Shown: piece by piece, positions 48,681-58,047 of the stretch
Numbering within the stretch: the stretch's first letter is position 1
How the letters are laid out: each line of letters begins with the position of its first letter
Virus record (IMG/VR): IMGVR_UViG_3300014204_000162
Coordinates: 1 to 64,000 of that record
DNA: 64,000 nt
Origin: a virus
Taxonomy: Duplodnaviria; Caudoviricetes
Strand: one strand, 5' to 3'
Notes under the pieces: model-generated
Told to the model about the DNA's origin: nothing
Databases searched by the model: none
What the model saw: only the letters and a program-made list of their open reading frames with translations
Program-made: the position numbers and the translations under genes

Positions 48681-48710
48681 TAGGCCACGTTTATGTGGTC
48701 TTTTTTATTT
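48681..48710 (+). terminator. Rho-independent terminator after the moron
   Basis: AGGCCAC-GTTTAT-GTGGTCT followed by a T tract. Confidence 0.65.
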
Positions 48711-48746
48711 AAGTGAATTTAAGAAATAAATTAGGCGGGTGATAAT

Positions 48747-49601
48747 ATGCTGGAAGACAACGCATTAACCACATTAGAAACACTAAAATATGAGTTAAAA
48801 CTATATAGCACAGTCACAGCAACAAATGAGACTTTGACAGATAGTGGGGACCACCTCACTTTTTTATTTGCAAAGAAAAACATAGTATCTGATTCGATAG
48901 TGAGCGTAACCGAAACAGTAGGTGCTACGACAACAAATGTAACAGCACTAATAAGTGCCTATGACTATAAAAATGGTGAAATAACATTTGCAAGTGCAAG
49001 GACAGGCACAATAAAAACAACGCAATACCAATATAATAAATTTGACAATAGCAAGGATGAATTTCTTGAGAGAAAAATAAATTCGTACTCGGAGTGGCTT
49101 GAGGGCAGATTAGGCCGCAAATTAAGTAAAGATAACTATATTGAGAAGTATTGTGGTAATAGCAGACAATATCTTTTGCTCAATCAGTGGCCCATAATCA
49201 TCGTCAATAGCATAAAAATTGATGGTGGATTATTGGATAATACATCATATGAAACTTCCACAAAAGATAAAAAAGCTGGCATGATATTTAAAGAGGATGG
49301 ATGGCCTTGGGATGGGTATTTGACTGGACTTGTAGGAGAGCCGTTAAATGCCCGCAGAAATATTGAGGTTGATTACGATGCAGGGTATATACTACCCAAA
49401 GATGCAACAGATGAGGAACCACGAACCTTGCCATATGACATAGAGGAATTATTGATAGGTATTATTGCAAGTGATTATTCAAAATATGGGAGTCAAGGAC
49501 TAAAATCTTTTAAAATATCTGATGTAGAGTGGCAATGGGATAATGAACTAAAACAACAGTATAAAGAAATTATGGACAAATATATAGCAAGGATAGTATA
49601 A
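48747..49601 (+). CDS. Head-tail connector/adaptor with inserted beta-rich domain
   Basis: 'ALTTLETLK..L', 'FLE..IN..SEWLE...GRKL', 'LLLNQWPI..V.SI', 'V.Y.AGY', 'LPYDIE'. Confidence 0.7.
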   Translation: MLEDNALTTLETLKYELKLYSTVTATNETLTDSGDHLTFLFAKKNIVSDSIVSVTETVGATTTNVTALISAYDYKNGEITFASARTGTIKTTQYQYNKFDNSKDEFLERKINSYSEWLEGRLGRKLSKDNYIEKYCGNSRQYLLLNQWPIIIVNSIKIDGGLLDNTSYETSTKDKKAGMIFKEDGWPWDGYLTGLVGEPLNARRNIEVDYDAGYILPKDATDEEPRTLPYDIEELLIGIIASDYSKYGSQGLKSFKISDVEWQWDNELKQQYKEIMDKYIARIV

Positions 49602-49604
49602 ATT

Positions 49605-50222
49605 ATGGCAGTAAAAATAACAGATAAGACGAATGTTCCTGAGCTATTGAACATAATCAATGAACTAAACTCAAAGAAATTATTAATAGGAGTTTTCGGT
49701 GGTGTGGACTCTTTTTTAGTTGAAATAGCTTATGCAAATGAGTTTGGACTGACTATCACCCCTAAAAACGCCAAAAACCTTGCAATACCTGTAAGCAGGA
49801 AAAGTAAGGGCAAAAGGCCAAGAGATTTTTCTAACCTTGAGTTTATAAAAGTTGGAGATGAAAAGTTCCTCGTACAAAACAAAAGAAAAAGAAACGGAGT
49901 GGAACGGTTTGAAGTTTTATTTGTGCTTGTACAAAGTGTAAATATTCCAGAACGTTCATTTATACGAGCTAGTTTTGATGCAAACATGTCAAAAATCGAG
50001 AATTATGTTGATAGAAGCTTATCACAAATATTTAACTTTCAATTACCTGTATCAACGTTTTACGAAGAATTAGGTGCATATTGTACAAGTTTGATTAAAA
50101 AATATATGACTGATTTAAAAAGTCCACCAAACTCATCTTTAACACAGTCGATGAAAGGATTTAATAATCCATTAATAAATACTGGTAGACTTAGAAATTC
50201 GATAACCTTTAAAGTTATTTAA
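49605..50222 (+). CDS. Neck/tail-completion (virion morphogenesis) protein
   Basis: 'IAYANEFG', 'IPERSFIRASFD', 'PLINTGRLRNSI'. Confidence 0.75.
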   Translation: MAVKITDKTNVPELLNIINELNSKKLLIGVFGGVDSFLVEIAYANEFGLTITPKNAKNLAIPVSRKSKGKRPRDFSNLEFIKVGDEKFLVQNKRKRNGVERFEVLFVLVQSVNIPERSFIRASFDANMSKIENYVDRSLSQIFNFQLPVSTFYEELGAYCTSLIKKYMTDLKSPPNSSLTQSMKGFNNPLINTGRLRNSITFKVI

Positions 50223-50238
50223 AGGCAGGTGATATAAC

Positions 50239-50595
50239 ATGTTTCCAACAGCAACAATTCCATTAGGATTAATGAAAACACATACAAAAATAACTCAAGG
50301 AGGTGATTACGGCAATAATGGTAAATGGGTGGCAGATGGGACAGAAGTGCAGACACCATTTGAGGGTGTTATTTTACCTGTGATATCATCCGATGTAAAA
50401 AGTTTAACATTTGACGATGGAGGCACTTATTCTGAAGATGCTTTAAAAATGTATGCTTATGAGCATTTTACGGATGGACAAGAAATGTTAACTGATGAGG
50501 GGAAAAGGTATACAGTACATGGTGGTAAAGACTATTCAGTGTATGGGGCAGAACTAAAAATTTACCGTATTGAGAGAGTTGGTGAAACCGTGTGA
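50239..50595 (+). CDS. Putative head-closure protein
   Basis: Synteny; 'GDY..NGKWV..G'. Confidence 0.55.
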   Translation: MFPTATIPLGLMKTHTKITQGGDYGNNGKWVADGTEVQTPFEGVILPVISSDVKSLTFDDGGTYSEDALKMYAYEHFTDGQEMLTDEGKRYTVHGGKDYSVYGAELKIYRIERVGETV

Positions 50596-51101
50596 TTGAC
50601 TATGCACAAATAAGGGATGATATAATAAGCGAATTAACTACTTTTTTAGGCCATAAGGTTATAGTTATGGATGATAACCACCCTAAGCCTAAATACCCAT
50701 TTATGACGTTCAACATAATAAACCCATATACGCCTGAGTCACCACATGGAAATGAAACATATATGGCAGTTGCAAGTACAGACCCTGATTGGGAATATGA
50801 CATAATAGAAATACGTAGCGAACAGCCAACTATAACAATTTCAATGACTGCATATAGTTGCGAGTTAGACGAAGCAGAAGAATTAGCATTACAAGCCTTG
50901 AGCTGGTTTAAATTTTATGGTCTTGACTACCTTGACGATAAGGAGATTGTCATTATTGAAACTACTCAAGTGCAGGAAAGAGATACGCTTTTAATAAATG
51001 ACTATGAGAGGCGTAAAGGCTTTGATGTAAAAATTAGAGTTTTAAGTGAACTTGAAAATAGAATATCAACGATTGAAACAGTGGATTTAAAGCGCAAATA
51101 A
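50592..51101 (+). CDS. Putative tail terminator protein
   Basis: Synteny before sheath; 'PKYPFMTFNI', 'YERRKGFDV.IR'. Confidence 0.65.
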   Translation: MIDYAQIRDDIISELTTFLGHKVIVMDDNHPKPKYPFMTFNIINPYTPESPHGNETYMAVASTDPDWEYDIIEIRSEQPTITISMTAYSCELDEAEELALQALSWFKFYGLDYLDDKEIVIIETTQVQERDTLLINDYERRKGFDVKIRVLSELENRISTIETVDLKRK

Positions 51102-51138
51102 TAGCGCTTTTTTATTTTACGAAAAGGAGTGAGTCAAA

Positions 51139-52518
51139 TTGATAAAAGATGTAATTGTCAATATAACAAGGCAAACGTCACCATTATCTACAGCGGGTTT
51201 TGGACTACCCTTAATTTTAGCAACAGATAAAAACAATGAATATACTGAATACTCTGAACTTGCAGATGTTGTAGCCGACTATGCGACCGCAACATCTGCA
51301 TATACAATGGCAAGCAGATTGTTTTCTCAAAACCCACGGCCTGAGAAAATAGCAATATTAGGAGTATCTTACACAGCTATAGCAATGGCGAGGGCAACAT
51401 TAACGACAACTATAGTGGCTGCAAACAGTAATTTAAAATATACATCAAAGGTGGCAGGGTTAGCAGGGACTTATATCCAGATTAAATATACAGATCCTGC
51501 AACTACAACTGAAGCGACAACAGCAGCAGTGACCGGGACAGGTACATCGGCAGACCCATACATTATAAATGTTACTTTATCTTACGCCGGTTCTGCCATA
51601 ACAGCTAAAGCAAGTGATGTTAAGACAGCAATAGAAGGGGCTACAGCTGCAGCCGCACTTGTAAAGGTTGAATATGCTACTGATAACGACGGTACAGGGT
51701 TGGTTACAGCGTTAGCGGCTACGGCATTAGCGGGCGGGGTAAACGGTTCAAGCGCAGCGGTACTAGTAACAGCGTTGAACACATTAATAAACACCCAAAA
51801 CGATTGGTATTATCTGCTATGTGACCAACACGGATACAATGAAATAGTTGCCCTGTCAGCATGGACAGCAACACAAAAGAAGAAATACTTTGCAGTAACT
51901 AAAGATGATAACATGATAGATTTTGAAACTATAAATTCAGAAAACACAATATTAATATACACTGACAAAGACACTGAATACCCAGATGCCGCATGGGTAG
52001 GAGTGGGCGCACCTACAACACCTGGAGAAATTACATGGAAGTTTAAGACTTTAGTTGGCATTAGTGCAGCAACCGTTTCAGACAGCAGAGTGTTAGAATT
52101 GCACAGCCACCACGTGAATACCTACGTAAAGAAATTCGGAGTATTGCAGACTTCAGCCGGTTTGACAACATTATCACCGTCTGAGTATATTGATACACTC
52201 ATAGGGCAGGATTGGGTTGAAACAAACATAACCGAACAAGTGAGTCTTGAATTATTTTCCCTCCCCAAAATACCTTATGACAATACCGGCATAGCAATTG
52301 TATTAAGCACAGTATTAAAAGTTCTCAAACAAGCATGGGTAAACGGCATAATTGCGACAGACGAAAACGGAAACGGTATGTATAGCGCAAGCGCACCGAA
52401 TAGGAAAGATATATCATCAACAGATAGGGCAACCAGGCATTTGCCGGATGTAAAGTTCACATATACAGTTGCCGGGGCTATAGAGGATATAACCATCAAC
52501 GGCGTAGTAACTGTTTAA
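51139..52518 (+). CDS. Contractile tail sheath protein (DUF3383-like)
   Basis: 'VIVNITRQT..LS..GFGLPLIL', 'FSQNPRP', 'TWKFKTL.G', 'KIPYDNTGI', 'AGAIE.I.I.G'. Confidence 0.8.
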   Translation: MIKDVIVNITRQTSPLSTAGFGLPLILATDKNNEYTEYSELADVVADYATATSAYTMASRLFSQNPRPEKIAILGVSYTAIAMARATLTTTIVAANSNLKYTSKVAGLAGTYIQIKYTDPATTTEATTAAVTGTGTSADPYIINVTLSYAGSAITAKASDVKTAIEGATAAAALVKVEYATDNDGTGLVTALAATALAGGVNGSSAAVLVTALNTLINTQNDWYYLLCDQHGYNEIVALSAWTATQKKKYFAVTKDDNMIDFETINSENTILIYTDKDTEYPDAAWVGVGAPTTPGEITWKFKTLVGISAATVSDSRVLELHSHHVNTYVKKFGVLQTSAGLTTLSPSEYIDTLIGQDWVETNITEQVSLELFSLPKIPYDNTGIAIVLSTVLKVLKQAWVNGIIATDENGNGMYSASAPNRKDISSTDRATRHLPDVKFTYTVAGAIEDITINGVVTV

Positions 52519-52532
52519 GGGGGGGGATATAA

Positions 52533-52931
52533 ATGTCTACTACAAAAGTATTTGATAGCAAGGATGTAAAAGTAAAAGTTGACGGAACGATTATAACCGG
52601 ATTCGGTGAAGGCACATTTGTAAAATGTGAGAAAAACGAAGATAGCATAAAGCCTTATGTGGGCGCACAAGGAGAAGTAAGTTTCGGAGAAACAAACGAT
52701 CCGACAGGCAAGATAACGGTAACAATACAGAATACGAGTGCGTCGTATTCTTTTTTAATGGAACAAGCGGACGTAAAAGACGTTTATCCGACTTATGTTA
52801 TTGACCGTAATTCGGGGCTAACATATGGCGGCACAGAGTGTAGGATTATGAAACCGTCGGATGCGGAATTCAGCAATGAAGTAACTACCAGGGAGTTTGT
52901 AATATATGTTGCCGATTATGCGGTTGAATAG
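52533..52931 (+). CDS. Tail tube protein (DUF3277-like)
   Basis: 'FDSKDV.V.VDG..ITGF.EG.FV', 'GKIT.T.Q.TS.S'. Confidence 0.8.
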   Translation: MSTTKVFDSKDVKVKVDGTIITGFGEGTFVKCEKNEDSIKPYVGAQGEVSFGETNDPTGKITVTIQNTSASYSFLMEQADVKDVYPTYVIDRNSGLTYGGTECRIMKPSDAEFSNEVTTREFVIYVADYAVE

Positions 52932-52948
52932 AAGGGAGATAAAATACA

Positions 52949-53200
52949 ATGGCAGAGAAACAGAAAACAATTACAGTTGGAGGCAAAGACTATCTTTTAC
53001 AGCGTCCTAAAACAAAATGGTATGTAGAAAATAATGACAATTGCAAAAATCGTTATGGCGTTCTGCAACAGGCTAAATATTTTAATAGCCTACTGGAAAA
53101 TATTGTTGTAGATCCCCAAGGGCTGAAAATGGATGACTTTGAAAACATAGGAGATTTGGAGACGCTAATTGGCGAGATAGAATCTTTTCTTAGAAGCTAA
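52949..53200 (+). CDS. Tail assembly chaperone (gpG-like)
   Basis: Position between tube and tape measure. Confidence 0.7.
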   Translation: MAEKQKTITVGGKDYLLQRPKTKWYVENNDNCKNRYGVLQQAKYFNSLLENIVVDPQGLKMDDFENIGDLETLIGEIESFLRS

Positions 53201-53402
53201 TCCAAAAACAACCGAACATATAAAAGCGAAGGCAATGCGAAATTATAACAAGTTTTGGCGACTTGTCTTTGAAGGCGGTATTGCTCCCTCTGAATTAGGA
53301 TTCGATCTTACAGATTTAGAATATTTAGAGGAAGCTAATGCCGCCTTTGATATTTACGTTGAACGGGTGAATAAAGCTATACACCCGGAGAAAGGCAGGT
53401 GA
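53190..53402 (+). CDS. Second chaperone frame (gpT-like), probably reached by frameshift
   Basis: Open +1 frame from 53190 to TGA 53400-02, overlapping the chaperone end at TCT-TTT-CTT. Confidence 0.55.
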   Translation, partial: LEANPKTTEHIKAKAMRNYNKFWRLVFEGGIAPSELGFDLTDLEYLEEANAAFDIYVERVNKAIHPEKGR

Positions 53403-53406
53403 GCAG

Positions 53407-55251
53407 ATGGCAACAGCACGTGAGTTGACTTGGAAATTAGGATGGCAGATATCAAACGGACCGATAAAACAAGCGGACCAGGCAACAGATGATTTAACCG
53501 GAAAAGTTAATAAACTTGGCAAAGAGACGCAAGGGCTTGGGAGTAAGGCCAAAACGGGGTTTGGTGGGTTTGGCTCAGCTATAAAAGCAGGATTAGGCAT
53601 TTTTACGGGCATGAGCATAGGTAGCATGATTAAAGATACCTTCCAAACAGGGATAAAATGGGGATGGGAATTTGACAGCACTATGCAACAGAATCAAATA
53701 GCCTTTGAAAGTATGCTAGGGAGTACGGATAAAGCAAAAAGTATGCTGAGTACACTACAAACAATGGCTGCAAAAACGCCTTTTGAGTTTCCAGAACTTG
53801 CAACATCAGCTAAGAAAATGCTTGCATTTGGCTTTGAAGCTGATAAGATACCTGGAATATTAACAAATATTGGAGATGCAGCAAGCGGATTATCGTTAGG
53901 TTCGGCAGGGGTAGATAGAATTTCGCTTGCTCTTGGCCAGATGAAAGCAAAAGGGAAAATTTCTGGGGAAGAGATTCGCCAACTTACAGAAACCGGAATA
54001 CCTGCTATACAGATATTAGCGGATAAATTTGGCATAAGTACAGCACAGGCAACAGAATTTGCTTCAAAAGGTATACTCCCTGTGAATGAATCTTTGGATG
54101 CACTAATTTCCGGAATGGAAGACCGTTTCCCTAATGCTATGGACAAACAGTCAAAATCATTCTCTGGCTTGATGTCAACACTTAAAGACAATACGCAAAT
54201 GGCTTTAGGCAAAGTAATGAAACCTCTATTTGACGATTTGACAAATAATACATTGCCAGGGCTAATAAACAAAACACAGGAGTTTTCAGACACCTATCAA
54301 CAGACAGGGGATTTATTTGGATCGCTAAAAAAAGTTATTGGAGAAGCATTTGGCCCCAATACGGCAGAAGCTATAGATATAGTAAAAGGTGCTTTTGATG
54401 GGTTAAAGGATGCCGTAGGGTTTGTATCGGACAACTTCAATGTGTTTGGGCCAATTTTGGCTGGTGTAGTGTTTGATATAACTGCTATGGAGGTAATTGG
54501 TATAGTAACGGGACTAATGGAAACGTGGGAGGCTTCAACATTCGCCCAAACATTAGCGCAGGAAGGTTTAAACGCAGCACTAATGAGTAATCCTATAGGG
54601 TTAGTCGTCGGACTAATAGGGCTTGCAGTAGTCGCAGGAATAGCTCTTTACCAAAACTGGGATACAGTATCAGCACATTTAAGCAGCGCATGGGAGAGCA
54701 TAAAAAATAATTTTACGATAGGTGTAAACTTTGTTATCGACAAAATTGATTGGCTTATTAACAAATTAAATAAAATACCAGGCGTTGAAATACCTCTTAT
54801 TTCTAGGTTGGAGGAAAAGGTATCTCCAGGTAAGCAGATAGATCATGGCATGACGGAAAGTACAAGTATCGTACCGACGCAAAACACTGACATAATGGGT
54901 ACTGGATTAGCACAAACAATCGGTATCAGAGGGGCTGCAACAGGAGGTACTATACTTGGTTCAGGCGCATATTTAACCGGTGAAAACGGCCCGGAAATAA
55001 TTACCGATACCCCAGGGGCAACAGTTATCCCTAACAAACAAACACAGCAAATATTGAGTGCAACAAACAACAATACAAACAGTTCTCCTGTTTTTCAAAT
55101 GGCGCCTATAAGTATCAGCGTTAGCGGTGCAGGGCAACCGACAGAAGTAGCACAAGAAGTTAAGAAAGTCTTAGGTGAAGAATTATACCAGATGCTGGAG
55201 GATTACTTCTATAAATTAAGCGTAAAGACTCCAATGCCAGCAGAACGGTAA
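53407..55251 (+). CDS. Tape measure protein
   Basis: Tape-measure motif 'AAKTPFEFPEL...AKKMLAFGF', 'KGKISGEE.RQL.E.GIP'; Ala/Gly-rich helices. Confidence 0.9.
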   Translation: MATARELTWKLGWQISNGPIKQADQATDDLTGKVNKLGKETQGLGSKAKTGFGGFGSAIKAGLGIFTGMSIGSMIKDTFQTGIKWGWEFDSTMQQNQIAFESMLGSTDKAKSMLSTLQTMAAKTPFEFPELATSAKKMLAFGFEADKIPGILTNIGDAASGLSLGSAGVDRISLALGQMKAKGKISGEEIRQLTETGIPAIQILADKFGISTAQATEFASKGILPVNESLDALISGMEDRFPNAMDKQSKSFSGLMSTLKDNTQMALGKVMKPLFDDLTNNTLPGLINKTQEFSDTYQQTGDLFGSLKKVIGEAFGPNTAEAIDIVKGAFDGLKDAVGFVSDNFNVFGPILAGVVFDITAMEVIGIVTGLMETWEASTFAQTLAQEGLNAALMSNPIGLVVGLIGLAVVAGIALYQNWDTVSAHLSSAWESIKNNFTIGVNFVIDKIDWLINKLNKIPGVEIPLISRLEEKVSPGKQIDHGMTESTSIVPTQNTDIMGTGLAQTIGIRGAATGGTILGSGAYLTGENGPEIITDTPGATVIPNKQTQQILSATNNNTNSSPVFQMAPISISVSGAGQPTEVAQEVKKVLGEELYQMLEDYFYKLSVKTPMPAER

Positions 55252-55322
55252 TATTTAGGCATATTGTATGATAAATACCATAGATGTATAATATGCCTAA
55301 AGGATATTTTAGGAGGGATTTT

Positions 55323-56027
55323 ATGGTCTGTAAAAAATGTGGCACTGAGTATAAAGAAGGAGACAAATTTTGCAGTAAATGCGGTCAATTAGTTGATCAA
55401 AGCAACGACAAGGTGAATACTAAATTACCTCATAAAAAAAGCGGTAAGAAAACAATTGCTGTAATTTGTTTCTGGTTAATTTTTGCATGTATTGCATTAA
55501 TAATCGGGATCTCAATTTTAAGTAGCAGCGACAAAAAAAGCTCTGCAAACAATGCAACATCTAACTCAAAAGCTACCATAGCATCAGCAACACCGAAGCC
55601 AACAAAGCCGGCGGCACCGACAGATTTAAAAGGATTTTTGGAGTATACAGTAAAATATGATATTGGCGAAACGACGAACCAAAAGAAACCAAAGTTGCAT
55701 GATGTTTCTATAGGTGATGGAGAAATATTCCTAAACCTTAATGCTAATGACAGTTTTACAAATAGCATGATAATAAGTGAAATGAATGACGATATATTTA
55801 AAGTATTAAAAGCATTAGCACAAAAGGACTTTGATTACAAAAACATACTTGTTGCCGAATATATGATCTTGCAGGATCAATATGGAAAAGAGTCTGATAA
55901 CATGGTGTATAATGTGTCAATCAGCAAAGAAAATTTAAAAAAGATTGTTTGGGATAACATAACATTTTCTAATGTGCCTAAGTTTGCAGACCATGTATTT
56001 ATACATCCGGTATTATTAAAGAAATAA
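55323..56027 (+). CDS. Moron: zinc-ribbon + transmembrane + exported domain protein
   Basis: 'C.KCG......KFC.KCG', TM 'IAVICFWLIFACIALIIGISIL', Ser/Ala/Pro linker; SD GGAGGG; terminator after. Confidence 0.7.
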   Translation: MVCKKCGTEYKEGDKFCSKCGQLVDQSNDKVNTKLPHKKSGKKTIAVICFWLIFACIALIIGISILSSSDKKSSANNATSNSKATIASATPKPTKPAAPTDLKGFLEYTVKYDIGETTNQKKPKLHDVSIGDGEIFLNLNANDSFTNSMIISEMNDDIFKVLKALAQKDFDYKNILVAEYMILQDQYGKESDNMVYNVSISKENLKKIVWDNITFSNVPKFADHVFIHPVLLKK

Positions 56028-56036
56028 TTATTTTAA

Positions 56037-56066
56037 GAAGCACTTTGTTTTCAAGAGTGCTTTTTT
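56037..56066 (+). terminator. Rho-independent terminator after the membrane moron
   Basis: AAGCACTTTG..CAAGAGTGCTT followed by a T tract. Confidence 0.6.
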
Positions 56067-56093
56067 GATGCCTAAAAATAAAGGGGCGATAAT

Positions 56094-56630
56094 ATGCCGA
56101 GGGCAATGTTAATGAGTGATGATGATGGAATCGAACTATCAGTTGTAGAGAATGAGGAACCATCGAGAGACAATCAAATAACCGATAATCCTGTTGAAAA
56201 GGGCGTAAATATAGCCGATCATGTAAAGCCGCAACCGCTTGAACTATCGTTAAGCGGTGAAATAATAGGGGCAGACGCACAGGAGAAAGAAGATAAACTC
56301 ATAAAGTTTAGGGATGAAGGTACAATATTAACCTATGTAGGGCGAAACACTTATTTTAACATGGTTATTGCAAGTTCGGGCATACCTAAAAGCAAAGATA
56401 TAGGCAATGGCTTTAAATTCAGCCTTAAACTCAAACAGATAAGAATAGCAGAACTTGAATTTGTTGACCTTACAAATGTTCCTATACCAGCAAGACCAAA
56501 GAAAAGTACGGGCAAACAAACTGCAAAAATAGCAAATACTGCAAAACAGGCAGAATTAGCATTAAAATATAATGCTACAAAGAAAACAGAGAGTCAAAAT
56601 GATGTCGCATGGAATAGTGGAAATAGATAG
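56094..56630 (+). CDS. Phage baseplate / tail-tube initiator-like protein
   Basis: 'ITDNPVEKG.NIADH', 'L.LSG.I', 'G..FS..LKQIRIA'. Confidence 0.7.
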   Translation: MPRAMLMSDDDGIELSVVENEEPSRDNQITDNPVEKGVNIADHVKPQPLELSLSGEIIGADAQEKEDKLIKFRDEGTILTYVGRNTYFNMVIASSGIPKSKDIGNGFKFSLKLKQIRIAELEFVDLTNVPIPARPKKSTGKQTAKIANTAKQAELALKYNATKKTESQNDVAWNSGNR

Positions 56631-56655
56631 GAGGAAGCTTTAATTATCAAAAGCA

Positions 56656-56684
56656 TAGACAAATATGCTCATATGTGGTAATAT
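56656..56684 (+). promoter_or_regulatory. Sigma-A-like promoter in the IS left end
   Basis: TAGACA-17 bp-TAATAT with TG extension. Confidence 0.55.
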
Positions 56685-56704
56685 ATACTCAGGGAGGGAC
56701 GCAT

Positions 56705-56899
56705 ATGAGTAATTATAAACCAAAAGAATTTGCCAAAATGATAGGAATATCCGTAAGAACACTCCAGCGTTGGGACAGAGAAGGAAAATTAATTGCCTTT
56801 AGAACTCCGACTAATAGAAGATACTATACTGATGAGCATTTACAACAATTTAATAAAGGGAGGAAAGAAATTTGCTCAGAGCTTACAAAACAGAAATAA
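56705..56899 (+). pseudogene. tnpA: IS607 TnpA N-terminal HTH only; serine-recombinase catalytic domain absent
   Basis: 'YKPKEFAKMIGISVRTLQRWDREGKLIAFRTPTNRRYYT' then runs into the tnpB RBS; no 'YARVS' motif. Confidence 0.75.
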
Positions 56900-58047
56900 A
56901 TCCATCCTCTGAGCAAATTCAGAGGATTAATCAAACAATAGGTGTATGTAGGTTTATCTATAATTTCTATCTTGGACACAATAAAAAAGTTTATGAAAAA
57001 GAAAAACGATTTGTTTCAGGTATGGATTTTTCTAAATGGCTGAATAATGAGTTTATTCCTAATAATTCTGAATATAGTTGGATTAAAGAAGTGTCGAGTA
57101 AAGCAGTTAAACAATCTATTATGAATGGAGAAAAAGCTTTTAAGAGATTTTTTAAGAAACAAAGTAGGTTTCCAAAATTTAAGAAAAAGAAAAATCAAGA
57201 TGTAAAAGCGTATTTCCCTAAAAATAATAAAACTGATTGGACTGTGGAAAGACACAGAATAAAGATACCTACTATTGGATGGGTAAAATTAAAAGAATTT
57301 GGATATATACCGGTCAAAGATAATATTACAAGTGGCACAATATCACAGAAAGCAGGAAGATATTATGTTTCAGTTTTAGTAGATGAAGATATTCAAATTC
57401 AAAATAATAATACCAATCAAGGAATAGGTATAGACCTAGGAATAAAAGATTTAGCTATATGTTCAACTATAGAAAAACCATATAAAAATATAAATAAAAC
57501 AAAAAAAGTTAGAAAATTAGAAAAGAAATTAAAACGAGAACAGAGAAAACTTTCAAGGGAATATGAGAGTTTAAAAGTAAGAAATAAAAATATTAAAAAA
57601 GAAGGAGGAATTGCTACTAGGCAAAATATCCGAAAACAAGTAGTACAGGTACAAAAACTTCATCAAAAACTTGCTAACATTAGAGAGAATTATGTTAATC
57701 AGGTTATAAATAATATAGTGAAAACCAAACCTTCATTTATAACAATAGAAGATTTAAATGTTAGAGGAATGATGAAGAATAGGCATTTAGCAAGAGCAAT
57801 TGCACAGCAGGGTTTTAGTACATTTAGGACAAAACTTCAATATAAATGTATGCTCAATGGAATAGAATTGAGAATTGTTGATAGATTCTACCCGTCAAGT
57901 AAAACATGCAGCGAATGTGGAGCAATAAACACTACATTGAAGTTATCAGATAGAACTTATGTATGTAAAGAATGTGGTTGCATAATTGATAGAGACAAAA
58001 ATGCTTCAATTAATCTTGCTAATGCAAAAACATACAAAATAGCATAA
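56872..58047 (+). CDS. tnpB: TnpB RNA-guided endonuclease
   Basis: 'MLRAYKTEINP', RuvC-I GIDLGIK, RuvC-II IEDLNV, CSECG/CKECG zinc finger, RuvC-III DRDKNA. Confidence 0.95.
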   Translation: MLRAYKTEINPSSEQIQRINQTIGVCRFIYNFYLGHNKKVYEKEKRFVSGMDFSKWLNNEFIPNNSEYSWIKEVSSKAVKQSIMNGEKAFKRFFKKQSRFPKFKKKKNQDVKAYFPKNNKTDWTVERHRIKIPTIGWVKLKEFGYIPVKDNITSGTISQKAGRYYVSVLVDEDIQIQNNNTNQGIGIDLGIKDLAICSTIEKPYKNINKTKKVRKLEKKLKREQRKLSREYESLKVRNKNIKKEGGIATRQNIRKQVVQVQKLHQKLANIRENYVNQVINNIVKTKPSFITIEDLNVRGMMKNRHLARAIAQQGFSTFRTKLQYKCMLNGIELRIVDRFYPSSKTCSECGAINTTLKLSDRTYVCKECGCIIDRDKNASINLANAKTYKIA

